DNA from: an uncultured Mycoplasmatota bacterium
Lineage (GTDB): Bacteria > Bacillota_I > Bacilli_A > RF39 > UBA660
Length of the DNA stretch: 64,000 bases
Assembly: GCA_900549285.1 (NCBI GenBank)
Contig: URNW01000005.1
Location: 794-64,793 of the forward strand
Reading direction: 5' to 3'
The notes under the pieces are model-generated. The model had not been told where the DNA came from. It ran no database searches and was given only the letters and a program-made list of their open reading frames with translations. Position numbers and translations under genes: made by a program. Positions 41,794 to 52,687 of the stretch are shown here, one piece after another (positions within the stretch are counted from its first letter, which is position 1; the number at the start of each line of letters is the position of its first letter).

Positions 41794-42333
41794 TTACTTA
41801 CTATCAATTGTTTCTTTTACAATTTTTTCCCATCTTTCAGGTGTTGCTTCTTTATCAACGATCTTTTTTTGCTCTGTTTTTGGAATCTCACTATAAATAG
41901 GAGCATTATATTTTGCTACTCCCCCATGATGAGAACAAGCACCTCTTCCTGTAGCACAAGTTGGACTAAAAGTTCCATCCTTGCATAAGGTACAGTATCC
42001 AGTTATCTTTTTTTCGTAAGTTGTAATTGTTTCAAAGTGGTATTTTTCTTCTTCGGCAGGATAATATTTATAAACTTCGTAAATTACTCCATTTACTTCA
42101 CAATCACTAGTAACGGAAGTTCCATCACATGTAGGAATTTCATCTTCATTTTGAATATCATTATCTTCAGTTTGATTCAATACTGGATTAGAAGATTTTT
42201 CATTATCAGTATTGATGCCGTCCTTATCTTTTGACAAGGTTTGATTGTTTGAAGAGCCAATAATTATAAGTGCTAAAATAACTCCTAAAATAATCCATAT
42301 TTTCTTTTTACTTTTCTTTTTCATAACCCACAC
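41794..42333 (-). CDS. membrane-anchored DUF3761-type protein
   Basis: N-terminal TM anchor, a low-complexity linker, and a C-terminal CKDGTFSPTCATGRGACSHHGGV motif. Confidence 0.6.
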   Translation of the reverse strand: MWVMKKKSKKKIWIILGVILALIIIGSSNNQTLSKDKDGINTDNEKSSNPVLNQTEDNDIQNEDEIPTCDGTSVTSDCEVNGVIYEVYKYYPAEEEKYHFETITTYEKKITGYCTLCKDGTFSPTCATGRGACSHHGGVAKYNAPIYSEIPKTEQKKIVDKEATPERWEKIVKETIDSK

Positions 42334-42376
42334 CTGAGGCTATTATAATACTAATTATACTTTATTACAATCTATT

Positions 42377-43753
42377 TTATACAATTTTTATATTCTTCCA
42401 AGGATCTTTTCTTTTTAATCTTTTTATAGCTTTTTCTATTGTTATTTCATCTGGTTTTACTTTATCTAATTCATTCCATGCTATGGGCATAGATACTGTT
42501 AATTTTTTTCTGATTCTAAGAGAATATGGAGCTACACTTGTTGCACCTTTTGTATTTCTTACCCAATCAATAAATATCTTTTCTTTGCGTTTTTCTTTTT
42601 TCATATTGCTTGTATATTTATCTGGCCATTTTGCTTCCATTAATTTGGCAATATCTCTAGCAATTTTTCTGGCATTTTTCCAAGTTACCTTCGTACTTAA
42701 TGGTACTATGATGTGATATCCTTTTCCACCACTTGTTTTTAAGTAGGATGCTAATTTATATTCATCTAATATATTTTTTAAATCCTTTACCCCTTTCCTT
42801 AATTTTTCTAAACTTAGTTTTTCATCTGGATCTAAATCAAAGACTAACATATCAGCATGATTTATATCATTTGCTTTGCTTCCCCATACATGAAATTCAT
42901 AGCTGTTCATCTGAACTTCCGATATTAAACCATTGATGTCTTTTATGTAATAGTAATCATTTTGTTTATCATTTTTATTTTTTATTTTCTTTTTTTCTAG
43001 GAAATTATAGATATTTTCAAAATGCTTTTTGTAAAATTTTGATCCACTTGATCCATTAGGATACCTTATAGTACTAATAAGTCTATTTTCTATAAATGGT
43101 AACATATGTTTCGCTACTTCTTTATAATAATTTATGATATCTATTTTGGTTACTTTGGGATTTTTATATATTATCTTATCAGGATTTGTGATTTCTATAT
43201 GCTTGATATTATCTTTAATTTCATCCATGGTTCTATTTGTTTTAATACTTGTATTAAATTCATTTATATCATCATATAAATGATAATTATCTTTATCTTT
43301 TATAAGTAACCAACTTTTATCATCATTTTTTAATTTAACTAAGGTCCACATTCCTTTTAATCTTGAACCTTTTAAATCAAATTTTATGGGTCCTTCTTTG
43401 AAGTTTGGTTTATATCCCTTTATAGCTTCCCAATAACCTTTATCCCATAACATGACAGTTCCACCGCCATATTCACCTTTTGGTATTGTTCCTTCAAAAT
43501 TACGATAATCTATGGGATGATCTTCAACCATGATAGCAAGTCTTTTATCTTTATCGTTATAAGATGGACCTTTGGGTACTGCCCAACTTTTTAAAACACC
43601 ATTCCATTCTAAACGTAAATCATAGTGATCTTTTCTGGCAATATGATGTTGAATGCAAAATCTTAATTTTTTGGCTCTCTTGCCTGATTTACCAATTGGT
43701 TCTTTGGTTTTATTAAAATTTCTTTTTTTGTTATATTTACTTAAACTTGACAT
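42377..43753 (-). CDS. LigD-type 3'-phosphoesterase + primase-polymerase (AEP) two-domain protein, no ligase domain
   Basis: N-terminal QHHIARKDHYDLRLEWNGVLKSWAVPKGPS...VEDHPIDY...GGGTVMLWD is the PE domain. C-terminal ITNPDKIIYKN...YYKEVAKHMLPFIENRL...YKKH is the LigD Pol domain. Confidence 0.8.
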   Translation of the reverse strand: MSSLSKYNKKRNFNKTKEPIGKSGKRAKKLRFCIQHHIARKDHYDLRLEWNGVLKSWAVPKGPSYNDKDKRLAIMVEDHPIDYRNFEGTIPKGEYGGGTVMLWDKGYWEAIKGYKPNFKEGPIKFDLKGSRLKGMWTLVKLKNDDKSWLLIKDKDNYHLYDDINEFNTSIKTNRTMDEIKDNIKHIEITNPDKIIYKNPKVTKIDIINYYKEVAKHMLPFIENRLISTIRYPNGSSGSKFYKKHFENIYNFLEKKKIKNKNDKQNDYYYIKDINGLISEVQMNSYEFHVWGSKANDINHADMLVFDLDPDEKLSLEKLRKGVKDLKNILDEYKLASYLKTSGGKGYHIIVPLSTKVTWKNARKIARDIAKLMEAKWPDKYTSNMKKEKRKEKIFIDWVRNTKGATSVAPYSLRIRKKLTVSMPIAWNELDKVKPDEITIEKAIKRLKRKDPWKNIKIV

Positions 43754-43754
43754 A

Positions 43755-43791
43755 TAAAAAACCTCTAATATTAGTTTGGTAATATTAGAGG
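43755..43791 (-). terminator. intrinsic terminator at the distal end of CRISPR array 1; its 3' arm carries the SD of the ligD-like gene
   Basis: Perfect 11-bp stem cctctaatatt (43762-43772) / aatattagagg (43781-43791) with an 8-nt loop. On the minus strand it is followed by TTTTTT and then, 2 nt later, the ATG at 43753. Confidence 0.7.
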
Positions 43792-43810
43792 ATATTATGT
43801 AAGATAAAAT

Positions 43811-44102
43811 ATTTAGATTACAATATGTTTAATTATAGACTGGCGGATATTTCGACTGACGATTTAAACGAAATTAATTTAGATTACAATATGTTTAATT
43901 ATAGACATTAAAACTTTACGGGAAACAAAATTTTTATAGAAATTTAGATTACAATATGTTTAATTATAGACAAATAATTATGAAATAAAAGGGTTTAGTA
44001 CTCTTAAATTTAGATTACAATATGTTTAATTATAGACCTGTCTTTGTTTTGTGGGTTCCTTGCATCATAGTAATTTAGATTACAATATGTTTAATTATAG
44101 AC
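43811..44102 (-). CRISPR. CRISPR array 1: 5 identical 30-nt repeats, 4 spacers (35-36 nt)
   Basis: The plus-strand repeat atttagattacaatatgtttaattatagac starts at 43811, 43877, 43942, 44008 and 44073. The transcribed orientation is inferred as minus (GTCTATAATTAAACATATTGTAATCTAAAT). This rests on the AT-rich leader on the cas2 side and the typical I-B ...CTAAAT 3' end. Confidence 0.95.
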
Positions 44103-44228
44103 CCGCGTTTTTATTCATAATTTCATTTTTATCATAACATAATTTATATTTTTTCTCTATAAATTTTTAATTTTTTATAATTAATTTCTGTCGATGCTCT
44201 ACATTTTTCTCCGTATTATAGGTCGACA
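44103..44228 (-). promoter_or_regulatory. leader of array 1 with a conserved 40-nt palindromic TATAAT-containing motif (44189-44228)
   Basis: Homologous to the leaders at 48624-48750 and 52779-52902. In the minus-strand reading the motif is tgtcgacctataatacggagaaaaatgtagagcatcgaca. Confidence 0.7.
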
Positions 44229-44230
44229 GA

Positions 44231-44509
44231 TTAAATAAATTGCTCATTATCTTCTATAATTTGTGTTATAAATTCCTTTATCATCCATCTTTTATTACGA
44301 GATTTGAATACAATACAGGAATCGATACTTTTTCTCAAATATCCTTTTAATTCTATTTTCATTTTTTCTAATTGCGATTCTAATAATTCTCCTTCAAATA
44401 CTGAATTTTGAACATGATATAAATATCTTTTGCAAATTTGATAAATTTTTCTTTGTACTTTAGCAAAATCATCCACTTGTTTAATATCATAAATTAATAT
44501 TATATACAT
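44231..44509 (-). CDS. cas2: CRISPR-associated endoribonuclease Cas2
   Basis: MYIILIYDI... is a typical Cas2 N-terminal beta strand. The ATG at 44509 follows the cas1 stop directly; the ORF-track start 44548 would overlap cas1. Confidence 0.85.
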   Translation of the reverse strand: MYIILIYDIKQVDDFAKVQRKIYQICKRYLYHVQNSVFEGELLESQLEKMKIELKGYLRKSIDSCIVFKSRNKRWMIKEFITQIIEDNEQFI

Positions 44510-44510
44510 A

Positions 44511-45506
44511 TTACCACCATATTTTAAATCCTTCATATTTTTTATCATCCATTAAATGTTTTATTAACTTATATAGCTCTAATTTTATTAGTCTTTCATA
44601 AGTTACTTCTCTTTTTAGGTTTTTATGCATAATGGTTCTTTTTAAAGTATTTTCCAGTTCTTGAATCACCTTTTTTAAACTTGCATCTTTCATTTTTAAA
44701 TAGTAATCTTCTTTAACAAAATCTTCTTTTGTAATTATATTTTTATTTAAAAGTGAAAAAATGGTACGATCGACAATTAGCGGCTTAAATACTTCAGTTA
44801 TATCTAAAGTTAGAGAAAATCGTTTGGTTCCAGGTTCATGTAAATAACTTATTGTAGGATTTAACTCTGTTTGATAAATAATACTTAACGTTTTTGTATA
44901 AAGTACAGAATTTAATAATGAAATTAATACATTTACCATTGTATCTGGAGGATTTTTTATTCTTTTTTCAAAATCAATTTCTTGATTAATCATTATTTTC
45001 CACGAAGCATAATAAGTCTTTCTTATATTCCCCTCTATCCCCATTAATTCTAAAATAGTATTACAATCTTTAATTTTCATTCTTAATTTTTCTATTTCTT
45101 CTATATAAATATCTAAATTTTTTCCTCTATTTTGATAATATTTTAAGTTTCTTAAAATGTTAAAACTAGCCGCTACAATAAATTCTTTGGCTATTTCTAA
45201 TCTTTTTGTAGAATCAATATAATATTTTACTTGATTTACTAGTAAACTTCCAGATATCTTTTGCTCTTTAGGATAAAATGAGCCAATATAGTAATTATAA
45301 TAATTAAACATGTGAACATTAATCCCATAAGATCCTAAAAATTCAAATAATCTTTTATTGTATGTTATCTCGCCAAATACATAAATATCCCTTATTCTTT
45401 CTATTGGAATATCTTTTTTTAAAACTTTATCAGAATACAATGTTAAAGAATTATTATTTTTTCTTAGTTCTCCTGAACTAAATATATAATAAGATTGCTT
45501 ACTCAT
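44511..45506 (-). CDS. cas1: CRISPR-associated endonuclease Cas1
   Basis: 331 aa at the cas4-cas1-cas2 position, with a conserved GIEGN...YLHEPG-type core (MGIEGNIRKTYY, SYLHEPGTKRFSLTLD). Confidence 0.9.
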   Translation of the reverse strand: MSKQSYYIFSSGELRKNNNSLTLYSDKVLKKDIPIERIRDIYVFGEITYNKRLFEFLGSYGINVHMFNYYNYYIGSFYPKEQKISGSLLVNQVKYYIDSTKRLEIAKEFIVAASFNILRNLKYYQNRGKNLDIYIEEIEKLRMKIKDCNTILELMGIEGNIRKTYYASWKIMINQEIDFEKRIKNPPDTMVNVLISLLNSVLYTKTLSIIYQTELNPTISYLHEPGTKRFSLTLDITEVFKPLIVDRTIFSLLNKNIITKEDFVKEDYYLKMKDASLKKVIQELENTLKRTIMHKNLKREVTYERLIKLELYKLIKHLMDDKKYEGFKIWW

Positions 45507-46006
45507 ATTTCACATAATTCATAGTATGCACATTTTTTACATATACTGCTATTTAGGCAATCTGGTGCTTTTTTACTTTCTATGATCTTTCTAATTATTT
45601 TTAATTGATTCTCTATAAATAAAATATCTTCCTTTGTTAAATATATTTCTTGTTCGTATTTTTCTTTTGGTATTTTTAAAATACCAATAGGATTTTCGAT
45701 TCCGTTTTTCCATAAATGATATAAATAATATTTAATTTGATATTCACTGGCATCTTTTAAACTTTTGCTTTTTTTAATTTCATAAATGATTCCGTTTTTC
45801 ATAAAATCTATATTTATCGAATCATTTATTAAAACATGTTTTCTTTCTTTGTTATATGTATTTTCATCAATTAATTTTCCTAAACTTACATATTCACTCG
45901 TATCTTCCATCGTTATTCCTTTTGAATAATACCATAGTTTTCTTGGACAGATTAGGCTATAAGCAAACATTAAGCCAGTAATTTTTTTAGATAAATCCTG
46001 ATTCAT
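45503..46006 (-). CDS. cas4: CRISPR-associated exonuclease Cas4
   Basis: 167 aa with an N-terminal Cys (LICPRKLWY) and a C-terminal CKKCAYYELC cluster. YEIK is a RecB-like motif. Confidence 0.85.
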   Translation of the reverse strand: MNQDLSKKITGLMFAYSLICPRKLWYYSKGITMEDTSEYVSLGKLIDENTYNKERKHVLINDSINIDFMKNGIIYEIKKSKSLKDASEYQIKYYLYHLWKNGIENPIGILKIPKEKYEQEIYLTKEDILFIENQLKIIRKIIESKKAPDCLNSSICKKCAYYELCEI

Positions 46007-48119
46007 TTTCTTCTCCTATTTCAAATCCATATTTAGAACTATAATTTCCATAAACGCGATAAATATCAGATGCACCATTTATTAATGAATATATTTTTGT
46101 AGGATTATAATATATTGTAGTTGTATATTCTAACAATTTTTGTTTGCTCTGATATCTTTTTTCAAAACTAATTAACTTATCATTTGATTCATTAATTAAT
46201 CTTTCTATTTCATCATGATTTTCTACGTATATACTATCTGGTATGATAGTTATTGTGTTAATATCTCTAAATAATTTTTGTAATTCACTCTGATTATATT
46301 TTAAAGGATATACTTTTTCTAAATGATGGATTGCTTTATTTAGTTCTTCTATATAATTTGTATCATTTCTCTTTAGTTCTTCTTTGTTATAGACACTATT
46401 TATATATTCTAATTTTTCTTCTTCACTTATTAGCTTTTTGTTGTATTTCTCTAATTTTTCTAAGGATAAGTTTACAAGATTTTTGTCATAAATTCTTTTT
46501 CGTTCAGTATTGTAAACAAAAACATTAGGTTTATCTGGAATTATCAATCCTTTTCTGTTACAACGCCCTAGCCGTTGCATTAGACTATCAGCTGGTGATA
46601 TTTCAGTGTGTAGTATATCAAAACTAATGTCTAGACTTGCTTCTACTATTTGAGTTGTAATCCATATCCCATTTTTATTAAAATTTTTTATTTCAGTTTC
46701 TAATTTTTCTCTATCCTTTTTAATAAATCTTGCATGTAACAAGTGCAATTCTTCCACTTTATTTTCTAAAATTTTATATATCTCTATTGCTTTTTTTACT
46801 GTATTACATATTATTAACACTTTGCTAGATTCACTATCTTTTATTATCTTATCATAATTAAAATCACCGTCTACTATTTCTATAAAATGTCGTGTTTTAT
46901 TACTTACAGATATTTTTTTAATATAATTATTTTCGCCAATATACTCTTTTATTTTATCTTCTAAGAATGTTGGTAAAGTAGCGGTTGTAATAGCAAAATG
47001 TCCACCATACTCGTTAACTGTTTTTAAACCAATTATAATACAAGCTAGAATTACAGGCGAATACATTTGGATTTCATCCACAATTACTTTGCTATAGGAT
47101 AGAGTAGCAACGAATTGTTCTTCTCCTAGAGCTTTAAAAGGAAACTTAAATATTTGGTCTACTGTACATATAGTTAGTGGATAACTAAGTCGTTTCATTT
47201 CACAATATTCGCTATAAGTTAAATCAGAATTATTTTTTAACATTTCTCCGAAACTATCAGAATGGAGTAGGGCTATATCATTATTTTTACCATAATTTTT
47301 GCATCTTTTATAAATGTCATTACTTGCTACTTTTAATGGTAACGTATAGAAGCCTTTTGAATTGTTTAGCCAAAGTAAGGATGCTTCTGTTTTTCCTATA
47401 CCTGTACTTGCTACAATAATAATATTTTTATTTTTGTTTTCTTTAGCAAAAGTTTGAATATCATTTAATGTAAAATCCTGTTCAATGTTTTGAGCTATCA
47501 ATTTGTTTTTATTTTTTAATTCTGCTATGGTCGTTCCACTACTGGCAGCATAATCAAAGCGATTTAGCATTCCTTTTACCTTACTATATTTTTCCCAATC
47601 TTCTTCTGGCAAATCTGTTCCTCGCTTATCAAATAATAAATCCTTCAGTTTAAATCGTTTAATATTCGGATTAATATTAGGAATTACTGGTTTTACATAT
47701 TTTTCAAATATTTCTCTATATTTAGTACCATCTATATCTGTTATTCTTTTATGATGATAGAATATTGCTGTGGCAATGATTTGATATTCATTTAACCCAT
47801 ACTTATCTATTAAATATTCTTTTGGCAAAAACTTAGGGCTTAACATACCATGATTTATATTATCATTTTGATTTATTCCCTTTATTTCATTTTGAAATAA
47901 AATACTAGATTTTCCAAAATCATGGTAATAGCATGATATTAAGATCATCTCCTGAAATTCTTTGCTAAAAGCTTGAGGATATTCTTTTATAAAATTAAAG
48001 AATACTTTTAAGACTTCTTCTGTATGTTCTTCTAATGTTTTTTTGGGATGAGTTTTTGCTAAATAATTTTTAAGAGTAATTTCCGTTTTATTTTTTAGTT
48101 CTTGTAATAATTCATTCAT
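45987..48119 (-). CDS. cas3: CRISPR-associated helicase/nuclease Cas3 (HD + SF2 helicase)
   Basis: N-terminal HD domain (HTEEV..., YYHDFGK), Walker A ASTGIGKTEA and a VDEIQ box; 710 aa. Confidence 0.9.
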   Translation of the reverse strand: MNELLQELKNKTEITLKNYLAKTHPKKTLEEHTEEVLKVFFNFIKEYPQAFSKEFQEMILISCYYHDFGKSSILFQNEIKGINQNDNINHGMLSPKFLPKEYLIDKYGLNEYQIIATAIFYHHKRITDIDGTKYREIFEKYVKPVIPNINPNIKRFKLKDLLFDKRGTDLPEEDWEKYSKVKGMLNRFDYAASSGTTIAELKNKNKLIAQNIEQDFTLNDIQTFAKENKNKNIIIVASTGIGKTEASLLWLNNSKGFYTLPLKVASNDIYKRCKNYGKNNDIALLHSDSFGEMLKNNSDLTYSEYCEMKRLSYPLTICTVDQIFKFPFKALGEEQFVATLSYSKVIVDEIQMYSPVILACIIIGLKTVNEYGGHFAITTATLPTFLEDKIKEYIGENNYIKKISVSNKTRHFIEIVDGDFNYDKIIKDSESSKVLIICNTVKKAIEIYKILENKVEELHLLHARFIKKDREKLETEIKNFNKNGIWITTQIVEASLDISFDILHTEISPADSLMQRLGRCNRKGLIIPDKPNVFVYNTERKRIYDKNLVNLSLEKLEKYNKKLISEEEKLEYINSVYNKEELKRNDTNYIEELNKAIHHLEKVYPLKYNQSELQKLFRDINTITIIPDSIYVENHDEIERLINESNDKLISFEKRYQSKQKLLEYTTTIYYNPTKIYSLINGASDIYRVYGNYSSKYGFEIGEENESGFI

Positions 48120-48135
48120 TTTAACCTCCTTTTGT

Positions 48136-48623
48136 ATTTTAATGGATTATTCATAATTATAAACTGGTTCATGAACAGTAGAGCCACTATCGCTACTATA
48201 ATTTAGATTGCACTATGCATCATTATAGACGATTCTACTGGTCAAGGAATAATTATTTCTGATGGATTTAGATTGCACTATGCATCATTATAGACATTAT
48301 ATTAAAAAGAGTTGTGTTATCAAGTTAGCAAATTTAGATTGCACTATGCATCATTATAGACTGCTTAAAAAACGTTGCTTAAAGTCCCGTAAATATTATT
48401 TAGATTGCACTATGCATCATTATAGACGTATCAAGAATTAGACGCTATCGAAGTCGAAAACGAATTTAGATTGCACTATGCATCATTATAGACTTAAAAA
48501 TTAAGGATAGTGTAGATTTAAAAGAATTATTTAGATTGCACTATGCATCATTATAGACCCAACGACACTATATACAAAGATTATTTAGATTTAATTTAGA
48601 TTGCACTATGCATCATTATAGAC
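48136..48623 (-). CRISPR. CRISPR array 2: 7 identical 30-nt repeats plus 1 degenerate terminal repeat, 7 spacers (35-36 nt), embedded between cas5 and cas3
   Basis: The plus-strand repeat atttagattgcactatgcatcattatagac starts at 48201, 48266, 48332, 48398, 48464, 48529 and 48594. A degenerate repeat attttaatggattattcataattataaac lies at 48136-48164, exactly one 36-nt spacer away. Confidence 0.95.
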
Positions 48624-48750
48624 TCGTAGTTTTACTAATAAGATTGGTTTTATTTTATCATAAAGTATCTAAAATTTCTATAAATATATATAATTTTGTA
48701 ATATTTTTTCTGTCGATCTCCCAAGTTTTTAACGCTATTATAGTTCGACA
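48624..48750 (-). promoter_or_regulatory. leader of array 2 with the conserved 40-nt motif (48711-48750)
   Basis: In the minus-strand reading the motif is tgtcgaactataatagcgttaaaaacttgggagatcgaca. It lies 87 nt from the first repeat, against 86 nt in leader 1. Confidence 0.7.
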
Positions 48751-48757
48751 GAAATTT

Positions 48758-50295
<1,538 letters not shown>

Positions 50296-50318
<23 letters not shown>

Positions 50319-51846
50319 TTCTAAATCCTATAACAAAGGCATAGCCTATAAGCTTTAATTTTTTATTATCTATTAAAATTTCATATAATTCTTCTGGGAT
50401 CTTTTCTCCTGTTATGTTAGACAAGTTAGCTATAAGGTCAAATAAATCATCTGCTTTTTCCATCTTAATCATATCTAACATCTGAAATACTAATTCTTTT
50501 ATCTTATTTTCATTGTCTAATCCTTTCCGATATTTTTTTCCTATTTCTATAACATCTTCATATTGCATTTTTACTCCTCCTTCTATTTTTAGTAAAGCAT
50601 AGCAACTACTACTTGCATATTTAGTCTCATCTTCTAAGCTTAATAGCATTAATTCATTTATTAAGGGATATAAGCTATAGTTATTTAATATTCTTCTCAT
50701 TGTTTCATTATAAACATTTAAATATTCTTGTTTTGATTTAATAGCAGATTTTTTAGATAAATACTCTAATCTTTTAAAGTTATGTTTAATTTTCAGCAAG
50801 ATGTTTCTAGATATAATATTAAAATCATAGCCTTCTTCTTTTCCTAAATTGGTAATTACTTCAATATTACTTAATTTTTCTAAATTTTTTTCAGCAATTT
50901 TATTAATCATTTCATTGAATTTTTGATAAGAACGTAAATCTTCATTAGAGAAAATATCATCATTTGTGTTTATCAAAGTATTTACTGAATCATTTTGATT
51001 GATAAAAATAAATGAATTATTATAAGATGAAAAGCCAAGTGGTATTAAAGAAAACAAGAAATTACATTTAGGACATATATAGCAGTTTGGCTTAAAATTC
51101 CAATAATTAGAATTTTTTCTAGCAAAATCTTCTGTTAAAGTACGTACATAGGAAGATTTAATTTTACTATTTCCACTAATTCTACTTCCACATTCGGCAC
51201 AAAATTCATTTCCTTTTGTTTCTTTGCTTAAATAATCTTTTAAGGGTTCTTCGAAATATTTTCTAAATTCTTCTTTGGGGGCTTTTTTGCTGTTAGATGT
51301 ATTTAAAAAACTCACATCTTCCCAAAAGTTATTAACGACAAAATATGATACATCTTTAATTAAAAATATTTCTTTTAAATCGTTATTTGCTAAATCATTT
51401 AGTATGATTTTTATATTATCTTTGTAATTATCAATAGTTGACTTTTTTAAATTTTGTAAATCATTATTCCAGTCAAAGGATAACTTATTTTTTACTATTT
51501 CATAACCCGATTTATAACGATTCGAGTTTAAGGCTGTTTCTATTGCTTTTAGTTCTTCTTTTAATTCCTTTTGCTCTAAATCTTTTTCTAGTAATGATTC
51601 TAATTTTATTATTGTTTTTGTTAAAGGACAATTATTTTTATATTTATTAATCAGAGCATTAAAATAAAGTTCAGCAAAATCAGTATTAAGCATGTATTCC
51701 TTGTCTATTTTTAAAGTTGATTCTTTTATCTCACATACTCTTTTATCATCATTATTTTCTATCATTGTAAATAACCCAACGATTCCTGCATTAATACAAA
51801 AATCTTGAGTATTAAATTCTACTTGTTCCATGTTACTCCTTTCCAT
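50296..51846 (-). CDS. cas8b: type I-B large subunit Cas8b (Cst1-like)
   Basis: 516 aa between cas6 and cas7, with a CAECGSR...CYICPKC zinc ribbon. The probable start is at 51831. Confidence 0.7.
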
Positions 51847-52561
51847 TTAAAATTCTAAAATAGCCAAAGCCACTTGATCGCATTGAACCTAGGCCAATTT
51901 TATTTAGTAAACTAATTAACTCAGGCGTTCCCTTTAGTTTGAATATTCCTAAAGATGCTCTAACGCTTCCATTGTATATTTTGATAATTGTAGATTTAGT
52001 GCTTAAAGGAACTATTTTAAAATCATATAATTCTAAATTATAACCTAGTCTTTCTAAATTTCCTTTTATATTTAATTTAAGCATTGATTCGAAATTCTTA
52101 TCATCAGGTGTAAAATATGTATCTTTATTTGTACTTTGATTGTGATATCTTACTACCAACGGTGAATCAAATTTTATTATTACTTCGTCATTATAGTAAT
52201 TTCTTATTATACTTGTTCTAATTTGAATTAAATGCATTGAATTGCTTTTTAAATTAAATTCTATGTTATCTTTTTTTCTTAGAAGTAAAGCATTATAAAA
52301 TTCTATTGTCTCTTTTGTAATATCGCTTTTTATGTGGACTGTCAATATAGAACTTTCAAGCATAATTTTATCTTCCTCAAATGTTGGATTTTTTAAATAT
52401 GTGGTAAAGCAAAAAGGCTTTAATGTTGTTTTAGTGTACCATAAATCATATAATTCTTTGCTGTATTTGGTTAAAGTCTCTTTGAAAAATGAAACAATAC
52501 TTTTTCGGTAGTCTTTAGGTAGTATAAAATTATCAAGCTTAAATGTTAGATCAATTTGCAT
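51833..52561 (-). CDS. cas6: CRISPR repeat endoribonuclease Cas6
   Basis: 242 aa with a C-terminal glycine-rich loop GLGSMRSSGFGYF. It is the first gene of the operon, with GGAGG 6 nt upstream of the ATG. Confidence 0.85.
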   Translation of the reverse strand: MQIDLTFKLDNFILPKDYRKSIVSFFKETLTKYSKELYDLWYTKTTLKPFCFTTYLKNPTFEEDKIMLESSILTVHIKSDITKETIEFYNALLLRKKDNIEFNLKSNSMHLIQIRTSIIRNYYNDEVIIKFDSPLVVRYHNQSTNKDTYFTPDDKNFESMLKLNIKGNLERLGYNLELYDFKIVPLSTKSTIIKIYNGSVRASLGIFKLKGTPELISLLNKIGLGSMRSSGFGYFRILNGKE

Positions 52562-52588
52562 TTTCTTCCTCCTTTCATTTATACTTTG

Positions 52589-52617
52589 ATACTAACACAA
52601 TTTATTTGGCATGTCAA
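52589..52617 (-). promoter_or_regulatory. cas operon promoter (Pcas6)
   Basis: On the minus strand: TTGACA (52617-52612), a 17-nt spacer, then TGtTAGTAT (hexamer 52594-52589). It lies about 28 nt upstream of the cas6 ATG. Confidence 0.7.
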
Positions 52618-52654
52618 TAATAATTTTAAATAAACATGGTTTGTTTTTTTGAAA

Positions 52655-52683
52655 TTGACTTTATTTTTAAACTATGATAAAAT
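52655..52683 (+). promoter_or_regulatory. divergent plus-strand promoter reading into the degenerate repeat cluster
   Basis: TTGACT (52655-52660), a 17-nt spacer, then TGaTAAAAT (hexamer 52678-52683). Confidence 0.6.
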
Positions 52684-52687
52684 TTGT

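Noticed and set aside
43745-43810. A degenerate terminal repeat at the distal end of array 1, by analogy with array 2.
   Set aside because: The sequence one spacer length beyond the last repeat has no resemblance to the repeat. The space is occupied by the terminator hairpin.
48559-48593. A repeat-like string (ttatttagattta) inside the leader-proximal spacer of array 2, considered as an extra degenerate repeat.
   Set aside because: Only the first ~9 nt resemble the repeat, and accepting it would break the 65-66-nt periodicity.
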